A DNA stretch of 56,627 bases, taken from Clostridiales bacterium UBA3680 (GTDB lineage Bacteria > Bacillota > Clostridia > Lachnospirales > CAG-274). How positions within the stretch are numbered: position 1 is the first letter of the stretch; every line of letters begins with the position of its first letter. The DNA is taken from the NCBI GenBank assembly GCA_002372875.1, contig DFJD01000032.1, positions 8,381 through 65,007 on the forward strand, read 5' to 3'. The notes beneath the pieces are model-generated. The model saw only the letters and a program-made list of their open reading frames with translations. It had not been told where the DNA came from and ran no database searches. A program made the position numbers and the translations under genes. Positions 53,110-56,627 of this stretch are shown piece by piece.

Positions 53110-53202
53110 CTCCGTTAAAAATCCGCTTCAAGTGAATAGATCGGTGCTTCCCTAAAAAATAATAACTATTCTTTGGAATAAACGTGTATTCGTTTATTCT
53201 AT

Positions 53203-53231
53203 AATTATACACTTATTTATAAAAAAGGTCA
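53203..53231 (-). promoter_or_regulatory. Sigma-A type promoter for the PreA-like gene
   Basis: On the minus strand: TTGACC (53231-53226), a 17-nt spacer and TATAAT (53208-53203). Confidence 0.65.
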
Positions 53232-53295
53232 ATGTTTAACTTTTGCGAATTGATTTTTAATAGATCACAAATAATAAATACGGTTACGATGGCAT

Positions 53296-53337
53296 AAAAA
53301 CAGCCCGTTAAGTTCACTACACAAAACCTAACGGGCT
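53296..53337 (-). terminator. Intrinsic terminator closing the candidate ncRNA transcription unit
   Basis: On the minus strand, the 9-bp stem agcccgtta/taacgggct (18-nt loop) is followed by gTTTTTa. Confidence 0.6.
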
Positions 53338-54029
53338 ATCCAACATAAATTTCCATATTAAATTTTTCTCTCTCTTTCCGACGTTTCTTTACACGTCTTA
53401 AGAATATTCTGATGAACAATCATCCTTCAAATCGCTCAATTTATACTGTTTCCAATCCATCTCTTTGAGCACATCGCTCCTGACCGCGCAAACAAAATCG
53501 GTCAAATTTCGGTATTGATACAAAATCTTGCGATTCGGTACGCACTCATGTGCTTCATACTTTTAAGCTAAAAGTCCACATCTCGAAACACCCTCTCTCG
53601 GAAAGTACTTCCAAACATAGCCTTTTACACGTTCTGTTCAGTAACAGACCGTCAACACAGACTAAACCGTCGGTTACAAATCTATGTCAAGCAACATATC
53701 AACCCGTTTCCCACGAGTCCCTCGAAGTTGCCTAAGGTATGCATTGACCTAACCTTCAACACACACTTAAGAGGTTATCCTATGTTCACAAACCTTATAA
53801 CGCTATATGCTAATTTCCACACATTCAAAAGATGCTCTTCCGACCGACAAGATCGGTATATGAAGGATGCGTCGGGGGGTTAATGAACAAATATAAACAG
53901 CCGGGCGGAATCACGTCCCTTCCAAAAACAGTTTCGGATAACAGATTCGAAACTTAACAGCGGTCTAAACTCATCGCTCACGAAGAACAATCTCATTGGC
54001 GCCTTATTGCTTTGCTCTTCGTTTACTGT
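53296..54029 (-). ncRNA. Candidate large structured non-coding RNA (about 0.73 kb), possibly ROOL or GOLLD class, family unconfirmed
   Basis: The intergenic gap is 1.1 kb, with no ORF over 68 aa on either strand in an otherwise densely coding window. It has its own near-consensus promoter (54036-54064) and terminator (53296-53337). Many hairpins are present, for example 53980-53990/54012-54022 (11 bp), 53930-53936/53948-53954 (7 bp), 53559-53575 (7 bp), 53633-53648 (6 bp plus tetraloop) and 53411-53424. It lies directly downstream of the tandem tRNA genes. Confidence 0.45.
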
Positions 54030-54035
54030 AATAAG

Positions 54036-54064
54036 AGTATATAACATTTTAAAAATTAAGTCAA
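54036..54064 (-). promoter_or_regulatory. Near-consensus sigma-A promoter of the candidate ncRNA
   Basis: On the minus strand: TTGACT (54064-54059), a 17-nt spacer and TATACT (54041-54036). Confidence 0.6.
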
Positions 54065-54199
54065 TAGGTTTTTTCTCTTTCGGCACTTTTATTTATGCTT
54101 TCGGCATTTTAGATAATATAAAACTGTTTTTATGAATAATATAAGTAAAAAAATAGTTAATTTGCACGATGTTAGCAATTTGTCAATATAAAATTGCAC

Positions 54200-54226
54200 A
54201 AAAAAAAGCAAGCACTGCGGCTTGCG
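54200..54226 (-). terminator. Intrinsic terminator after the tRNA-Lys pair
   Basis: On the minus strand, the stem gcaagc/gcttgc (54225-54220 / 54213-54208) is followed by an 8-nt T-run. Confidence 0.8.
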
Positions 54227-54229
54227 ATA

Positions 54230-54302
54230 TGCGCGATCGGGGACTCGAACCCCGGACCTTGTGATTAAGAGTCACCTGCTCTACCAACTGAGCTAATCGC
54301 GC
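54230..54302 (-). tRNA. tRNA-Lys (anticodon CTT)
   Basis: The reverse complement GCGCGATTAGCTCAGTTGGTAGAGCAGGTGACTCTTAATCACAAGGTCCGGGGTTCGAGTCCCCGATCGCGCA folds as a 73-nt cloverleaf. It has a 7-bp acceptor stem, a GTTCGAGTC T-loop and anticodon loop CT-CTT-AA. No CCA is encoded. Confidence 0.95.
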
Positions 54303-54321
54303 TTAATGTTTTGTTTTAAAA

Positions 54322-54394
54322 TGCGCGATCGGGGACTCGAACCCCGGACCTTGTGATTAAGAGTCACCTGCTCTACCAACTGAGCTAATCGCGC
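54322..54394 (-). tRNA. tRNA-Lys (anticodon CTT), identical second copy
   Basis: It is 100% identical to 54230-54302 and separated from it by a 19-nt spacer. Confidence 0.95.
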
Positions 54395-54418
54395 ATATCT
54401 AAAATCAAGACAAGCAGT

Positions 54419-54447
54419 ATATTACCACTTTTTAAAATGTTTGTCAA
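54419..54447 (-). promoter_or_regulatory. Sigma-A promoter of the tRNA-Lys pair
   Basis: On the minus strand: TTGACA (54447-54442), a 17-nt spacer and TAATAT (54424-54419), about 25 nt upstream of the first tRNA 5' end. Confidence 0.7.
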
Positions 54448-54503
54448 CATTTTTTTTGCTCTTTTTATTAAAATATTGAAAACAGAAAAAAGTCTGTAGA
54501 AAG

Positions 54504-54959
54504 CTACAAGCTGAACAGACCAATGACAAGACCTATTACCATAACTATCATTACCGTTACAAAAAACAGGATAAAAAGGATAAGCCTTCTGATTTTCGCC
54601 TCAGTGTAAAAGGCATTGAACAGGTCGGATAATTTTGAATGTGATTTGTTTGTTCCGTCTATATCTTTATTTTCATTTTCGGATAGACTTGTAAGTATTT
54701 TATCTATATCTTCGCTTTTTCCGTAAAAATCTCCGAAATAAGTGTAAAATGTGTTTTTTGATTTTTTCTCTTTTCCGTTTGTCGATTTTAGTATATCAAG
54801 GCATTTTTCTCTTTCGGCCTCGGTGTCCGAAGGAAATATGGTCGTTTCCTCTTTTGTATCGATTTTTTTTGCAATATCGGACATACCCATTTCTTTTAAA
54901 AGCTCAATAGCTTGTTGCCTGTCTTTTTCGTACATATTCATAAGAATCAAGCCTTTCAA
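54504..54959 (-). CDS. Tail-anchored hypothetical protein
   Basis: It is 151 aa, with a charged N-terminal part and a C-terminal TM helix (LILFILFFVTVMIVMVIGLVIGLF). Confidence 0.55.
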   Translation of the reverse strand: MKGLILMNMYEKDRQQAIELLKEMGMSDIAKKIDTKEETTIFPSDTEAEREKCLDILKSTNGKEKKSKNTFYTYFGDFYGKSEDIDKILTSLSENENKDIDGTNKSHSKLSDLFNAFYTEAKIRRLILFILFFVTVMIVMVIGLVIGLFSL

Positions 54960-55084
54960 TATATTTTGTTAGCAAAATTATCTCAGAATGGAAACATATT
55001 GTCAACAAAAAGCTTGAAAAAGAGAAAAATATACCATATAATATATATTTGCACGAAATAATTCAATAAAAAGGCGGTGATATC

Positions 55085-56494
55085 ATGGAAAAAAAGACGG
55101 AAAATCCCGTAATGCCCAATTATGTGCGAGAAATACTCAGTATCGTTGAAGGAACGGCAGCCCCAAATAAAATAAGGGAGCAGCTTGAGGACTACCACGA
55201 AAACGATATTGCGGATGCTCTTGAGCTTATGTCCGTTTCAAAACGACAAAAGCTGTACAGAACTATCGACATCAACACTCTCTCGGATATAATTGAGTAC
55301 TGCGAGCCGGAAAAGGCCGTGCAATATCTTTCGGAGATGGATATAAAAAAGGCTTCACAGGTCATCGAAAAAATGGAGCCCGACTCATCTCTTGATTTGC
55401 TCAATTTAATCGAAAAAGACAAAAGAAATGCCTTGATTGCCCTTTTGGACGAGGAGACCAAAAGAGAGATAAACCTTATGGCATCTTTTGACGAGGATGA
55501 AATAGGAAGCAAGATGACCACCAATTATATAAGTGTTTCTCAGGGGGCGTCTATAAAAGAAGCCATGCGTACCCTTGTAAAGGAGGCACCGACAAACGAT
55601 AACATTTCCACTGTTTTCGTTGTGGATGAGGACGAAACTTATATAGGTGCAATAGATCTCAGAGAGCTTATAATAGCAAGGGAGAACACGCCTCTTGACG
55701 ATATTATAATGACTTCCTATCCCTATATCTACGGTACGGAAGAAATAGATGACTGTATAGAAAGATTGAAAGACTATTCGGAGGATCTTATTCCCGTTCT
55801 TGATAATTCCAACAGGCTCATAGGTGTTATCACATCTCAAAGCCTTATTCAGGTAGTTGACGATGAGATGGGTGAGGACTATGCACGTTTGGCAGGTCTT
55901 ACCGCAGAGGAAGATTTGAAAGAACCTCTTATTATGAGTATCAAAAAAAGACTTCCATGGCTGTTGGTGCTCCTTGCTTTAGGACTTGTTGTATCTTCCG
56001 TGGTCGGTATTTTTGAAAGCGTTGTATCGGAGCTTACGATCGTTATCTGTTTTCAGTCTCTCATACTTGATATGGCAGGTAATGCCGGCACACAGGCGCT
56101 TGCCGTTACCATCAGAGTGCTTATGGATGAAAATCTCACCGTGAAAAATAAGGTTGAACTTGTGGCAAAAGAAATGAAGGTCGCATTTTCAAATGGTTTT
56201 ATTCTCGGATTGATTGCCGTTTTGGCATTGAGCTTTTACATAAGTGTATTCAAACATGCTGCTTTATTTTCGGCTGTTGCGGTGGCACTTTGCATAGGAG
56301 CTTCCCTTCTTGTGGCAATGGTCATATCGGGCGCAGTGGGAACCGTTATACCCCTGTTTTTTAAAAAAATACATATAGATCCCGCCGTTGCCAGCGGACC
56401 TCTTATCACAACCATAAACGACCTTGTCGCGGTGGTTACATATTATGGCTTAAGCGGGCTTATACTTATAAATATGCTTCACATAAAAATATGA
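55085..56494 (+). CDS. mgtE: Magnesium transporter MgtE
   Basis: It has an MgtE N-domain, a CBS pair and a TM domain with DMAGNAGTQ and DPAVASGPLITTINDL. Confidence 0.94.
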   Translation: MEKKTENPVMPNYVREILSIVEGTAAPNKIREQLEDYHENDIADALELMSVSKRQKLYRTIDINTLSDIIEYCEPEKAVQYLSEMDIKKASQVIEKMEPDSSLDLLNLIEKDKRNALIALLDEETKREINLMASFDEDEIGSKMTTNYISVSQGASIKEAMRTLVKEAPTNDNISTVFVVDEDETYIGAIDLRELIIARENTPLDDIIMTSYPYIYGTEEIDDCIERLKDYSEDLIPVLDNSNRLIGVITSQSLIQVVDDEMGEDYARLAGLTAEEDLKEPLIMSIKKRLPWLLVLLALGLVVSSVVGIFESVVSELTIVICFQSLILDMAGNAGTQALAVTIRVLMDENLTVKNKVELVAKEMKVAFSNGFILGLIAVLALSFYISVFKHAALFSAVAVALCIGASLLVAMVISGAVGTVIPLFFKKIHIDPAVASGPLITTINDLVAVVTYYGLSGLILINMLHIKI

Positions 56495-56501
56495 TTTTCT
56501 G

Positions 56502-56533
56502 AAAAAGACGGGTATTTACTCGTCTTTTTTTTT
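56502..56533 (+). terminator. Intrinsic terminator of mgtE
   Basis: The stem gacgggt/actcgtc (one G·U pair) is followed by a 9-nt T-run. Confidence 0.8.
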
Positions 56534-56627
56534 AGGAAGCAACGATTAATTAGTGTTTTCTAAAGGAACCACTGATTAATTAATCATTCGCATATTTGGC
56601 TAATGTTCCCGCATACTGTGTCAAAGC

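Noticed and set aside
53296-54029. A group II intron or intron remnant might explain the ORF-less region, since a GTGCG pentamer is present on the minus strand around 53544-53540.
   Set aside because: I found no domain V-like sequence (a conserved 34-nt hairpin of the type ..GAGCCGTAT...ACGGTTC..). There is no reverse-transcriptase or maturase ORF, and no flanking exon is interrupted. A single GTGCG is expected by chance.
53880-54086. A 68-aa minus-strand ORF, and a 61-aa plus-strand ORF at 53550-53735, lie inside the ORF-poor region.
   Set aside because: Neither has a Shine-Dalgarno sequence or a recognisable motif. The 68-aa ORF would start upstream of, and run through, the predicted promoter. 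They are more likely chance ORFs in a non-coding transcript.
54960-55084. An M-box (Mg2+) riboswitch might lie upstream of mgtE.
   Set aside because: Only about 125 nt are available, and most of it is a divergent promoter (TTGAAA-17-TATAAT). No M-box helices are visible.

Overview
This window looks like a core chromosomal segment of a low-GC Firmicute (my rough impression is about 40% GC, not counted). It is most likely a Clostridia or Ruminococcus-like gut or rumen organism, because it encodes cohesin, dockerin, BspA-type LRR and Cthe_2159-type surface proteins. Coding density is high, with about 50 CDS, and I see no transposase, integrase, phage genes or CRISPR array.

Recognisable content, in order:
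- two transglutaminase-like proteins
- a GlnPQ-type amino-acid ABC importer
- glgB
- a complete F1Fo ATP synthase operon (atpZ/I-B-E-F-H-A-G-D-C) whose c subunit carries the Na+-binding signature
- a HAD-like protein, an LRR lipoprotein, cobS and a CPBP protease
- glmM-glmS-mtnN and a DXS-like gene
- secreted beta-helix and cyclophilin-like proteins
- a LysR-metY-cysK sulfur block and tyrA-aroA
- a minus-strand rsmD-coaD-coiled-coil-SPFH operon
- alr
- a SAM-I riboswitch leading a nine-gene, tightly overlapping operon (metK through a dockerin-bearing transglutaminase-like protein)
- a VTC/DUF4956 pair and a PreA-like Fe-S flavoenzyme
- two identical tandem tRNA-Lys(CTT) genes
- mgtE

The most interesting signal is an ORF-poor stretch of about 0.73 kb at 53296-54029 on the minus strand. 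It lies directly downstream of the tRNA-Lys pair and has its own near-consensus sigma-A promoter, its own intrinsic terminator and many local hairpins. I interpret it as a candidate large structured ncRNA, possibly of the ROOL or GOLLD class, but I cannot confirm this without a covariance-model search.

All calls come from reading the sequence and ORF translations. No database search was run.
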